64,000 nt of DNA from Intoshia linei. Lineage: Eukaryota; Animalia; Orthonectida. The translations under genes and the position numbers were made by a program. Of this stretch, positions 25,501 to 38,373 are shown one piece after another (the stretch's first letter is position 1; each line of letters begins with the position of its first letter). The stretch spans positions 1 to 64,000 of the forward strand of contig LWCA01000054.1 of assembly GCA_001642005.1 (NCBI GenBank). The letters run 5' to 3'. The notes under the pieces are model-generated. The model ran no database searches. It was not told the DNA's origin and saw only the letters and a program-made list of their open reading frames with translations.

Positions 25501-28344
25501 TAATCATAGTATAGCTTGTCCAATTAATTGCAAAAAATGCGAGAGCAAATCATCGTGTCGAGAATGTATAAAATATGGGATGAATTTTATTGAAACAAAA
25601 AATAAGTGTATAGGTAATATTTATCTTTATTAATATTAGCAATCTTGATTAGAATGCAGTCCAAATTGCAAAGAGTGTTACAACGATGAAAAATGTCTAA
25701 TTTGTGATGATTATTCTTATCAAGATTTTACACAAATTGATTCTGTTTGTTTAGGTATGTTTAAGACATATACTTATATATTTGTATATCCTTACTTATA
25801 TAGTATGCCACGCAATATTTGTTTGTGTGTGTGTTCCAGTTTATTTCAAAACTACAAGTCTTAGAATTTTATAAAGTCCACATTTCAATTACAGTGTTTT
25901 CCGAAGGATTGATAATAGTGAATCGTAGGATTTTTAAGATTCATTTTCAAAGTGAATTTATTTTTTTGGTATAATAAAAATGTGCCTCCGGCAGAGTTAG
26001 GTGCTATTTCCACATAACAGTCAACCTAGTTACATATATAGCGGTGTTTGCTATAAAGCAGGGCTGGGAAACTTTTTGTACTATCGACGTTATTTTTTTA
26101 AAGATTTTATAGATTCATTTAATAAATTCTGGGATACCGGTTTAGTAAATAAATGGTTACACAAACACAAATACATTTTTAGAAACTTTTACGTTACATG
26201 AATAAGGATGTGATATCTGATTTAGAGATTGCTGATTAATCCCACCATTAATAAAATTTAATAAAAAATAGCTTCAAAGAAAAATTGACTTTTACCGATA
26301 TTTTTTTGAAAAATCCGATTTGATTAAATTTTATCAGCAACAACTTCGTCATCCAAAACCCTAAATAAAAAGTCCAATTTTACCAACCTAAATTAAGGGA
26401 AAAATCACCTTTTTCTAATATTTTTTTTCAAACATCCGATTTGACCAAATCTTATGAACAACTTTGTAATCCAAAACCCTAAATAAAAAATCCAATTTAC
26501 CAACCTAAATTAAGGCAAAATCCACTTTTTTAAATAATTTTTCGAAAAATCCAATTTATCAACCTAAATTAACGAAAAATCACCTTTTTCTATTATTTTT
26601 TTAAAAAACATGATTTACCAAATCTTATGAGAAAAAACCTTTAATTTTGTCATAAATGTTATATATTTCATGTTTCCTTTGGGGTCCAAAAACATAAACG
26701 TTTTGAAATGGGGGTCCATACACTATTTGAATCGGTAACCACTGATCTAGATGCTTATTTATTTAGATACTTTCAATGGGACCCCGTGTCGCGTACTGTT
26801 AATTAACGAATTTTTTTCTTTCTCACAAAAAATGAATAAAAATGCATAATTAATGTCTACTCTCCATTTCAACATTTTACCACGAGATAGCCATTACAGC
26901 CAGAATATTAAATTGTAGTGTATTAATTTTATTTGCATTACTAAAAAAAATTTATCTTAAAATGTCAAAATTTCAAAGAACCACAAATTTTTCAAACCCC
27001 AATGCTGCGCGCATTCCGTTTGAGATCCACTGGTCTAATAATTAAAAATTTAGCTTGTAAAAGTAAAATTGATCATTGCAATAAATGCTTTGTTAAGGAT
27101 AATAATTTACTTTGTACCGAGTGCGAGAAAGGATTTACCACGAGAGATGATTTTAGAAGTTGTACTAGTAATTTTGAACTACTTAATTGAAAATTTTAAA
27201 AGTATTAATTTTACAATTTTATATTTCAGAATGTGAAGTGAGTTGTAATTCGTGCATTGATAGGCCATCAATTTGTTTAGAATGTCAAAAACATTACTTT
27301 CTGAGTTTGGATAAATCGTATTGTGGATACAAGCAATGCTATGAATGTAATTTCGAAAAAGATGACAACTGCAATATACCCTTAAAAAACCAAACATTGA
27401 ATGGATGTTTGCATGATTGCTCGGTATACCTTTATATAGACATTTCTAAAATTTGATTCTCTCTGAAAAAGTATAGAATTAACAATTACAGTTTATTAAA
27501 AATTAAGAAATGGCGTTACGAACATAAACTCTTGTACTTTATGTTACGAATAAAACAATTAACTAATTTAATATTTATCTAACCCTAATCACTTTTTAAA
27601 GACTCTTGACTTGACATTTTGACTTTAAAACGTAAAATAATCGATATTCAAGAGTAGATATTTTTTTAATGTTCAATTTGAAAAAAGGAGGGGGCTTTTT
27701 ACAAAAGTTTAATCGAGAACTCGTACAGAAAGGTCTCGGAGTACGGTAGATTCGGCACTGCAAAAATTACCACTAAAAATATGAATAATAAAATTTCTAT
27801 GAAAATACAGAAACTATAATACCCTTTTCTGGAGCCTCAACGAAATTATTGTATGATGGGTCTCATTTTCTCAAATTTCATAAATTATATTTTAATTAAT
27901 AAATTTATAGTTTAAATTCTAAAATGTTGAACTATCTTCTTGACCGGAAGAATCAAATTTCTGAGAATTAAATTCATGATATTTTTTTCACAATTTATTG
28001 ACATTGTTCGAGTTTTTGTGTGCAAAATTTAAAAAATTAGAATTATGAAATTATGTATTCGTCCATTTTTAGACGAAATCAATACTGGGCAATGTTGTTG
28101 AAAGATCATGCAGCACGTTTGATTGTACTGCAATTAACCTAAACGTATGCGAATTTAAAAATGAGGTAATGAAGGATTGATAAAAATAACCGAGTTTTAG
28201 ATGTGTGAGCACTGTTGCAGTTCACATAAATGCAATAATATGATTTCATCAGCAATGCATTTAAACGGGATTTACACTGCGAATTTTAACATTTTATTTA
28301 TAGAATTAATAATAATAAGTATATTTTTATTTAAGTGTGATTAA
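13533..28344 (+). CDS. Large cysteine-rich cell-surface protein (~1,250 aa, ~37 exons): signal peptide, ~33 furin-like/VSP-like CxxC repeats, Ly6/uPAR-like three-finger domain, hydrophobic GPI-type tail
   Basis: Exon 1 MDKIIFFNLIFLLILNNICVCD. Repeat exons include ACPKNCNRCSNPTDCVDCLKNFFLLDLKCY and KCPENCQVCQNSISCVRCKTNYVWSAEDNSCV. C-terminus QCYECNFEKDDNCNIP...CLHDCS/TKSILGNVVERSCSTFDC...VC..../MCEHCCSSHKCNNMISSA...NILFIELIIISIFLFKCD*. All exons join in frame through GT-AG introns. Confidence 0.88.
16650..17390 (-). mobile_element. Helitron-family internal fragment in an intron of the Cys-rich gene
   Basis: Matches 9560-9900, 39960-40360 and 47100-47470 (ATCAATCCTTTAAAGGAGTGGTTCCC...; GAAGGAATGAATTATATAGATTTTCACCCAT). 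Confidence 0.7.
20300..20608 (+). mobile_element. Helitron 3' fragment with a clear terminal hairpin
   Basis: TGTAC-GTA-GTACA (20581-20593), then 11 nt, then CTAG|T (20605-20609). Confidence 0.78.
22283..22640. repeat. Foldback-like inverted repeat built from ~55-70 bp subunits
   Basis: TGGTAGGGTTTTTAAGGGAAGTTTTTTTT (from 22309) is inverted at AAAAAAAGCTTCCCTTAAATACCCTACCA (to 22469). Further direct copies at ~22505 and ~22580; a related piece at ~55970-56040. Confidence 0.6.
23501..23776. mobile_element. hAT-type MITE, family C
   Basis: Ends CAGAGTCAAACCTAG / GGTAGGTCGTTGCTG with a degenerate 8-bp TSD (CTAATTGT / ATAATAGT). Related ends at ~19394, ~27760, 41225-41368, 46797-47029 and ~54865. 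Confidence 0.55.
24138..24780 (-). mobile_element. Helitron-family fragments, rearranged
   Basis: Family 3' end A|CTAGCTTTGCAGTTATGTACTTCGTACA, followed by internal subrepeats in mixed orientation. Confidence 0.6.
25789..26029 (+). mobile_element. Short (241 bp) internally deleted Helitron with both termini
   Basis: A|TCCTTACTTATATAG...GTTTGTGTGTGTGTTCC ... CGGCAGAGTTAGGTGCT...ACAGTCAACCTAG|T. Confidence 0.82.
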
Positions 28345-29353
28345 ATTTAATAATTACTACAATATTCATTATGGCTTATGTATCATTAATACAGTATGTA
28401 TATTATCAATAAATTTCATTAATATTGGTGTTTATCCAAATGTTCATTTCATATTATACATAATATTTATCGCAACATAATTAGTGTCAAAGTAGATCTA
28501 CCAAATACATATAGTATGGATTGGAGTTAATCCAATTAATTTATTTTATTTCTCAATTGTAACAATACAAACAAATATCAGTTAAAATTAATATATTTCG
28601 ATATTATCATTACATTTTTAAGTTTGCCGCACATTGTATTATTTCTGTAAAGGTCAAATTAATTTATAACGTTATTCATCATATTCAGCGTGATATGTTT
28701 ATTTAATATTGGTTTTAAAAATGTTCAAATACATTAAATACAAGTAATATTGCCTTTTGATTTGTAAAACAATTTATTTAAAACCGCCTTCATTGATTAA
28801 TGTTGTTATTATACTTTATAATTGAATTTAATGGACACGCCTTTAAGTAAACTAATTGAACATTTTGACGATGAATTCATAAAATAAAATTTTATTTTAT
28901 AATCACATCAAAATTAAAAGACATAAAAATGGAAATTGGCATGCAAGTAAATGGAATTAATTCACCTTTTAATTCATTTTTATTCTAAAAAATAGTCAAT
29001 TCGTCAAACATTTCAATGAAACATATTCAAAAAAGCTGGGTGGTTTTATCTAAACGAACATATATTAAAATTTTATTTAGTTTTAAATAGTTAGTATAAT
29101 TACAATGCTGGTTTTTTTAACTTAAAATTTAATTGACTTTTTGTATTTTAGAATAATTAACAGTCCAATATTAAAAGTTAATCAGGAATTTACAAGGAAA
29201 AACTGTAATTTTAAGAAAAAAGGTTGTTTCGCACAAAAAAATAAAATATATGATATAGCTGATGCCGGTGATATAGTATATAGTTTATTTTCAATTTTAT
29301 ACTGGGAACTCAAAATTTGCTGGGCACACTGGTTGAGAAACAATTCACTAGTG

Positions 29354-29807
29354 CAGAGGTGGGGAAGCATTTACTGTTCGAAGGCTACACTAACGTCTCT
29401 ATAACATTAACAAGGCTGCACCTTTCTATATAGAATTTACACAAATACAGCAGTGCTTCATATGGGGGACTGGTCACCCCAAGGGGTGAATAATTTTAGT
29501 GAAGAATAATTAGGCGATGAATACGAAAATTTTAGATAATTAGGGTGAATGATAAATTTTTATCACATTTTATTCAATTTAAAAAATCCAATTATATCAA
29601 AATTTTAGATCAAAAAACCTTCTATCTGATCTCAAAAGAAAAAATTTAATTTTACCAACCCTTAAAAAAAGCCCATTTTTACCAATATTTTTCTGAAAAA
29701 TCCCATTTTACAAAAATTAATATTTTAAAAATAATAGAATAGATAAAATAATTTTAAATGAAAAATAATTCAAATTGTTCACAAGGAAGCACATTGCCTC
29801 ACCTCTG
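29354..29807. mobile_element. hAT-type MITE
   Basis: TIRs CAGAGGTGGGGAA / TTGCCTCACCTCTG. 8-bp TSD CACTAGTG / CACTATTG. Confidence 0.75.
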
Positions 29808-30343
29808 CACTATTGTATTAATTTACTTGTTTAGCATTATCTAATGATTGACCTTTATCGAAATCTAAAAAATTGAGTTATAATATAAAATTTTAATTTT
29901 TATAATTTTAAAAATTTAGATTTGGTCCAGTATCACAAATTACTACATTATTGTATATCAATAGTAAATTTTAATTGTGAGAAAAAACTAACTTAAAAAA
30001 ATTAAAAATTTATTAACAATTCACAACATGCCAAAATTGATAAAAGATTTTAAATTTGAAATATTAATTACTAAAAATTACTATAAAGATTATAAAACAT
30101 TTCATCAAATTTTGAAATCGATTATACTAGACTCATTTGGCGTCAGTAAATCTATTGAAGAAATTTACGCATGATGAAATGAACCAGACAACAACATTGA
30201 AATCAGCGGGATATACTGACTAATTGACTTTATGATTTAAAAAAAGGATATTGACAACACGAGCGTAATTATAAATAAAATAATAAGGATCAACAAACTG
30301 TAAAATTATGGTTTATTGACAAAAGATGAAAAGCTTAATACAG

Positions 30344-32619
30344 CTATTTTAACGGTAATTTTTGTTTTACATTTTTTAAAGCATTTTTAACAAAATTTGA
30401 CCAATCTTTAGGTTTTCCTTTTATAATTTCCTCTAAAAATAAATTTGACATGAAAAGATAAATAAATTACTAAATTCAATAAAATCATGCATTTTTTCCC
30501 TCAACAATATACATGAATTTATTAGTGCGTCACACAACTGAGCCTATACAAATGGATGATGATTAGCATTTTTAATTAAAATTTATCTACTTTTTACCTC
30601 TTTAGAAAAAATTTGTAAAATTTTTTTACGTTTAACATTTATTAATTGTTTGTTTTTTGATTTTGTTTTTTCATTTATTGTAAATGTAATAAACAGAGAA
30701 GGGAAACAATCCTTATCGGTGGAATTTGGTAGTCCCAATTGCCAATGTAGCTTTTTCAGTGGTATTCCAATTAAAAATTTCTGAAAAAATGAAAATATTA
30801 AAAAAATAGTACCACATCATCCATATCTATTATAAACAACCCAAGCGGGTTTATTGCAATGTAAACTGGATCGTCTTGAAAAGCACTGAGACCCATTTTA
30901 GGGTGTTCAATTTGACCTCGGAAATACGCAGCGCTAAATTAATTACATTTAAAAAATGTAGATTATATTTAATGATAATTATACTCATTTTGTAAAGAAA
31001 TAAATACCCATAAAATGGCAATTTTCGACATTCATTTAAAAATGAAATGTAAGCTTCGTTCATTTTTAAAGTACTATCTAAATTCCCCCAATGTCGATAT
31101 GCCAAACAGTAAGCTTCTTTCAGATGAAAATGAGGTTTATCAGTGGAACATGGGTTTAATGCTGGTTTGGCTCTATGAAAAGGAAAATATTTTGGGACTA
31201 ATTTTCTATAAGTAAAATTAAAAGAAACAGTAGAGCAAAACTTGTAATTATCATTTGTTATGTTTTGGTCATATACTTTATTATTAATTAATAACGACAA
31301 TCCGCACATATTATCACATTCTTCTATCGAAATTGGGTATCTAGCATCGATAATGTTTTCAAATGATTCATAATACAATAATCTGTTTAAATTTATGTCT
31401 TCAATCTAAATTGGTATGTTAAGAGAGTTTTAATTGATTTATCATCATTTTTAACCAAAATATACAGGGACTGTCACTTATACGAAATATGTTAATTTCA
31501 ACATTTTTTTAGAAATCAAATTAAATCTTTTCAGAGAAAAATAAAATTTACAAAAATTTAAATTCACGATTTCAAAATCTGAACCTTAGAGACAAAACCC
31601 AGAATTTGGTAAAATTATCAAATGATTTCGATTGGAAAATAAATATTTAAGTATATTTTGAAGACAAAATTGTAATATCAAGTTAAATACATAAAGGATA
31701 TTACATTTTCTTCTTTTTCTTTTGGAAAATAAATATTACGCTGTATCATCAAAATAGGTTCATCTGAAAATGTTAAAAAACTGATAATTATAATATACCT
31801 CTTTCTATTTCAGTATCAGAGGCATCAGAATATAATTCTAAAAGTTCCTCCCAATAAGAACAATATTTGAATGGAATATGGTTAGGTTTTAATTGTAACT
31901 CTAATATATAATTAGACTTTCGCAACATGTCAACTATGTAACTCGACGTTTCCAAAATTTTTGATCAACAACCAAGAAGGGATTTAAATTGTAAAATCGA
32001 AATTTGAAACTGAAAATTTAGTACAATATTTACTATTTTTCTAAAAGATTTAGTTGTACATTAAATTATACAATCTTTTAGAAACGCTGAATTATTCAAA
32101 AAAGATTACCCAAATAATCAGAAACTATCCACAATGAAAATAGTTGGCGTGCCATAAATAATGGCAAACCTTTCCTATTTATAGATTCTTCAAATAAATC
32201 TCCAGCATTCATATTTTCACCATCAACCAAATTCATTTTTATATAAGATTTATCCATAAAATAAACGACACACTGAACAACTAAATAAAAAAATAATTTA
32301 AAAATTTAAACTAAATTGAAATTATTTAACCATTATTTTGATTCTTTTTTGAATTAATGTGATAAACGGGACCAGGAATATGAATGGTAGTATCGTCAAG
32401 AGCATAAGCCGTGTGATCACATTCATTTTTTATAAAAGGTAATTTGTCAAAATTTTCTTTCGGTAAGATATTAGACCCTGAACATCTAATTCTGTTTTTT
32501 CTAGTGGCCAATTCAATTTCAACGCCTTAAATTATATATACTTTTCATATAACATTTTTCATTAATAAACCTTCCGGATAAATTGTATTTTGAGAATTTT
32601 TCTTTTCTTTTTTACTCAT
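30344..32619 (-). CDS. FRMD8: FERM domain-containing protein 8 (iTAP)-like, about 10 exons
   Basis: FSLWIVSDYL/ELQLKPNHIPFKYCSYWEELLELY, DEPILMIQRNIYFPKEKE, LNRLLYYESFENIIDARYPISIEEC, FLNECRKLPFYG/AAYFRGQIE, LQIFSKE/AQLCDALI. These match FRMD8 motifs such as LQLKPKH, DEP.L...RNVFFP and ARYPC. Confidence 0.82.
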
Positions 32620-33066
32620 TTTTGTTGTATTGTATATTTAAAATATTGTTGGTATTTTTTATACCTACATGTTTCATGCGTATCTATGAGAATACAAATC
32701 AAGCATGCAACGGTATCTGAGTATTATTTGGTAAATATTTCATTATAAAAATTTGATCATTAAATCGTTTTGAATGTATAACAATAAACTTATAAACATA
32801 ATAAAGAAACAATTTTCTAAACCTAGACAGTTATCTGCATTATTAGATACATTGACTGAGATTTATTCCAACAAAACCAAGCTTACTACTGAATAAATTA
32901 ATCATTAATGTAAAATTTACATTGTAAATCGATGCATTGAACCAGCTGTAATGAGATGGGATACATGTACTACAATTGTATTGTATTTTTGTTTAAATTT
33001 TTAAAATAAAACATATATAAGATAAATAGTTTATTACAAAGATAGAAAAGTCTTTTAAATAAATGA

Positions 33067-36000
33067 TCAATCGTCGTTTTCCAGAAGCATGGAATCCCAA
33101 ATAGCCGAACTACCTCGTCTTAGAAATCTTGATTCGTTACTGGTATCAAACATGGTTACCAAGTTTGGTGTTTCAGCATAATAAAAGTTTTTTGGAATTC
33201 CACATTTTTCGTAAATTTGATTTAGAAAAGAAGTTTTTAAATTTTTACCTAAAAATAATAATAATAAAATGTATTGTATAGCAGATTTTCTCAATCTTTT
33301 CACGTTGTAGACCTTCAATTTTTAATGTTTATAAAGTAAAGATAAATTCAGAAATATTTTTATGGGCGCATTGAAATTTGGGTTTATGGCGTAACAGTTG
33401 AAAAACATTATTAAATCAAAATTCACCATGTGACATATGGTAATAAAAATTGACGGTTTTTAAAACAAAAACAAAAGGTTACACAATGTAACATTTTCCA
33501 AAAAAAGTAATTTTTTTGTCAATCACTAAATACATTCTATGGATGATTCGTATAATGTATAAAATCTTCATTTATTAATTATCTATATTAGTGTTTCCCT
33601 TAGAAGTTACGGGTAGTGTTGTGAAATTTACCAAAAATTTAACCTGTTTTTAAATAATGCAAGCATACGGGATTTTTAATTTTATAATTTCACCAATTTA
33701 CTGTTTTTTAATTTTCCATTAAAATTTAATTTAAATCAAAATCACGCATAATAACGAAAATTTTAGTGAAATGTAGATGAAAACTGTTGTAAAATTGACA
33801 ACAAATCAGCAATGAACCAATCGTATAAAAATAAAAAAATTGGTCCAAGACAATGTCAAATATAAAAAATAGTGAAGATTAATTAAAAACATTATTTTCT
33901 TTCAATTTTTTTAAAAAACCGGTACATCAAGCATTTCAGGATTTAGTCAATTTTTTAGTTAGAAAAAACTTAGAAATCTAAAATTAACTTTTTGAACATG
34001 TAAGCTATCATTCCTTCACTTCCAAAAGAGTACAACCATTCCTACTCAATAGGGCAATAATTATAATGGTTTTAAAATATGAATGAATTAATTTTTAAAA
34101 ACCCAATCTTCCTTTTTTTGAAAATAAAATTAAAATTTCAAAATAAATATTTAACATTTTTAAAAAATAACTCTAAAAAACTCTTAAAATGATAATAATA
34201 CATTTATTATAATGTACGCTTTTTAAATTTAAATTAAAAAAAAGTAAACCTTTGGCCCATATAGGTATAACTTTTTTAGGGTTACATTCGTCGTCCGTAG
34301 AACACGAAGTGTCTAAATCATTGATACCATAATTTTGGCTATTATCTAGTAACATTGGAGGATCCGGTAAGGTCATATCATAAGATTGAACTTCTTGCTC
34401 CACCTCCATTGCTGATGGTATTGGTTGTATAACATTATCAACTTGTTTACGTTCTTCTTGTTCGATAAAACTACCAACTACAGTCTTTTCAGCTTTTGTT
34501 ATAGTCACGTCAACTTTTTTAACATAGGTACTATTGGCATTATCATTAGACACAATCTGCTTTACATTATCAATCTTCACGTTTACAAGAGTATCTCGTT
34601 TTTGAGGTTCAGTTTCAACTTTAAAAGTTCTATCATCACAAGAAATTTTAACAGTGTCATTATTATTAATAACAAAATTTTGATCCAATGTACTTACATT
34701 AGAAAAATTTGCATCTTTATGAGATGCATCATAATTGTCAACATTCTTATTAAAAAGTTTGTTTTTAAAAAGACAAGCTTTTTTACGTTTTTCTTCATTT
34801 TCTAAATAAAGTTTAGCCAATTCATTTGCTTTTTTATTTTCATTTTCAATTTTTTTTCTTAAAACATTGGCTCGTTTAGTTTCTTCCCTAAGTCTCTTAT
34901 TTTTAAATCCATCATTTTTTACATTAGAATCAATTTCTTTCAATTTTTTCCGACTAGGTTCATTTATGCCAAATTTCGTCTTGAAATTGACAAGTGATGA
35001 TACACTTGTAGACATTTCCATTTTATCTGCAAAATTGTTACGAGAAATTCCAAATTTATTTAACGATTTTACTTTTGTTTTTCTCAATTCTAATGCTCTC
35101 AATCTACGTTCTTCTGCTTTAGTCATTCGTTCTTCTCGTAATCTGAAAATGTATATTATCATTTAGTTTATTTTTAAATATTCAATAACCTTTTTTTATC
35201 CTTTATAAATTCTGCGTGTTCTCTTTGTCTTTTGATTATGTTTTCGTTTGTAAGAATGTGCCTTTCTCGAATTTTCATTATTCCAGTCAATGAATTAAAA
35301 TTTGCATTAATTTTGCTAGTTGAAGCACATCTACCATATTATTATTTTAAATAAACGACCCTTTCACTTTCATTCTTCTTGCATATCATATTATTTAAAT
35401 TAAAATTTAGAAAATTTTTATAAACTCACGCATTACATATTAAATTAATAATTCCCATCAATAATATAAAACTAATATAACAATTGTTCAAATTCACAGT
35501 TCAAATTAAAATGAATATTTCAGACAGTGAAAATAAATAAATCACCTGCTTTTTAAATTCATGTCCGCCGTGGTTGATTTTTCAATTTTAAAAATATTGT
35601 TATCATTTTTCTTAGCTGTAGGTGCAAGTTCATTTCCCCAGGACATTGCATTTAGTAAAGGGGTAGATGTAGTTATACCACATTTTTTTTTAATTGACAT
35701 GTTTGTTTGTTTTACAGGTGATCTGTCGAAATAAATTATGTATATTTAATAATTGAAATTTACATGAATAATTTATGGTTCTGTTTTAATGGTGACATAT
35801 ATTCTTGATTGTCATCTTCACATTCCTAATAAAAATTAATTTAGAGAAAAATATTTTGAAATTCAACTACAATAATTGTAATTGTAATCTATTGAAATAA
35901 TATTCTGAAACCTCTGTATCAGTGGGGAATAAATTATTTTAAGTAAATAAATTTAATTTATTTTTAACCTAAAAAACAGATAGAATAATGTTATTTTTAA

Positions 36001-38373
36001 TTTATAGAATCCATAATTATTTTGTCCTCCACTGTAATAAACACAGTGATTTCGTGGAATCTTTAAAATTAGGCGTCTACTTAAATCCAACCATTTTTTT
36101 TAAAAATCAAAATTTACCAACCCTAAAAGGAAAAATCTCACATTTACCGAATTTCAGAGTATCCCATAAATACTCAGATTCGTAAACAAAACAAAATTCT
36201 TAAATTGAAGGATTATAGATAAACCGATGTTATAACCACTTTATTACTTACTTAATCAAACTAATGATAAAACAAATAAAACTAAAATTAATTTATTCAT
36301 TATGAATAATAATTTACTCATTTCTTTCCTTACAATACGTGATATTTGATTTATTACATGTTTTTAGTAGTCTTCCTCGCTTTGTAAGTATTTTCAAGGG
36401 TAAATGAATGAGATCTAACCTTTTTTCATGAAGGACATGTAAAACGTAGTATCATTTTTTTCTTAGAAAACATTTTACCGCTACACTTAATCAACTTATA
36501 ATCAATAATTGGAATAAAAAAAATAAATTTTAACAAACGTATAATTTTTAAGAAATTTTTTGAATTTACATGAATTTGTTGAATCAGATATTGTTTTGTT
36601 TTTCAATATTAAATAAAACGAAGGCGTGACTTTATCAGATTGAAATTTTTTCTGTGTGTTAACATGATATAACTGTATCATCTGTAATTTTTTTTAAAAT
36701 TGTAGGACCATTTTCATTTTTTAAAAAAATGGTAATCTGGGGTTTTGGCCGTGAAGAGATCAGATTTTGATATTAAAAATTATCATAACATTGATAAATT
36801 AAAAACTTTTTATTAGCATGTGTATTTTTTATAATTCTAGGATGGTTTGAATTTAAAAACAAAGGACTATTGGGGTTTTTGACCTTCAAAGAGTAAATTT
36901 CTGAAAATGAAATTTGCGGTAAAACTGTTATAAAAATATGGAATTTATAAAACTCGACTCATCTTACTTTCTTAAATAAAAAACTTTACTTTACTTTATT
37001 AAACTGGAAAAAACAAAAAATATATTTTTAACCATTTTACTCTATACAAAATATAATTTTATATTTTGTATTTATATTTTTGTATAAGTAAAGATAATAT
37101 CATACATACATTTAGTGGTTTAAATATTCTATAATAATATGCAGTTATGGATTTTCACTTAAGGGTTTGTAAATTTTGATTATTAGTAAAAATGGTTGAT
37201 TTATTCTCATTAAAATTTAACGAATATAAATCAATTATAAAATAAGATTACATTTAAGGTTTTTATTTTTTTAAAAGGTATCTCCTCTATTTCGTCCCTA
37301 AATCTATAATTATATATGATATTAATAAATCCATGAACAATAATTAATTTTTTATCAATAAACAATAAAGATGTTAAACAAAAATTTATAAAAGAGTCAT
37401 AAAGTTCATAAAATTACACACATAAATCGTAACGTAACAAAATTTCCAAATTTTTTATTGTGCCAATATAAAAGAAATCCAAACTAACATTCGGTTACCC
37501 ATCAATTAAATTTAATTCAAAATTAGCCAAAGGTCACTTTTGTTAACAATAAATACAATTCTACACATGAAAATATCGCCTACTGAGATCAGCTGAGATT
37601 CGTGACTTGCTATCAAAAGCACACCCATAAACTCTAATTATATATATGAAATTACAAGCATTCATTCAGGGTTGGTTCAGAATGTGCACGAGATTCATTT
37701 AAATTACAAACAAAGGTGTCGTAATTGAAGGATGGATTTAAAATACAATCGTCTTCGGAAAGTACCATACTATTTACCATTTCCTCATTATGCTCCACAA
37801 TATTAGATTCATCGGAGGTATTTTCTATAGCTACCAAAGTTTTGTTAGTATTATTAGTAATTTCGTCCAGCCTACAAAAAAATTTGATCAAAATCTAGAA
37901 AGTCAAAAAAACCTGCTTTTCAAATTCATAATTGGAATTGGAGCAGTTTTAACGGAACTATAATTCATAATTAATAAGAAAAATTTTAAATTACACATTA
38001 TAATAAGTTGTAATTACCCATTAGAAGCCATTGAACAATTATATTGGCTCATGCTTCGTGTTATCGGACGATTAAAGCTACACAATTATTTAATGATAAA
38101 TGTTAATAATACTTGGAAAATTTATATGCCCCAAGTCTAGATTTATTTCTCGATTTGGCTGATGGTGTTTTTGGAAGTAAACCGCGGCTATTTCTATTTT
38201 TTAATTAAATTTTAGGTAATGTACGCTTACAATTTAGAAGATTTAACTGCTTCATTGTAGGCCTCTTTCAGCCACAAAAAACGATATTTTTGTTGAGATA
38301 TCCATTCTTTTTTAAAGTTGTCTGTTTTATCCGATATTATGTCTAAACCCAAGTCATATTTTGATTTAGCCAT
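33067..38373 (-). CDS. INCENP: Inner centromere protein (chromosomal passenger complex scaffold); some internal exons uncertain
   Basis: N-terminal WLKEAYNEA...LLPKTPS, an E/R/K-rich helical region, and the C-terminal IN-box NYGINDLDTSCSTDDECNPKKVIPIWAKG...PNLVTMF....RFLRRGSSAIWDS. Confidence 0.88.
36580..37095 (-). mobile_element. Helitron-family fragment in an INCENP intron
   Basis: Contains GGGGTTTTGGCCGTGAAG subrepeats and a degenerate 5' end TATAAGTAAAGA|T. Confidence 0.6.

Noticed and set aside
13533-28344. Annotation as PCSK5/furin protease or receptor kinase
   Set aside because: No subtilisin, P or kinase domain exons were found; the signal peptide joins the repeats directly.
34425-35166. 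+ strand ORFs of 126 and 99 aa (likewise 14099-14371, 31015-31215, 50224-50430, 50640-50822, 61572-61766)
   Set aside because: These are antisense or off-frame shadows of real exons.
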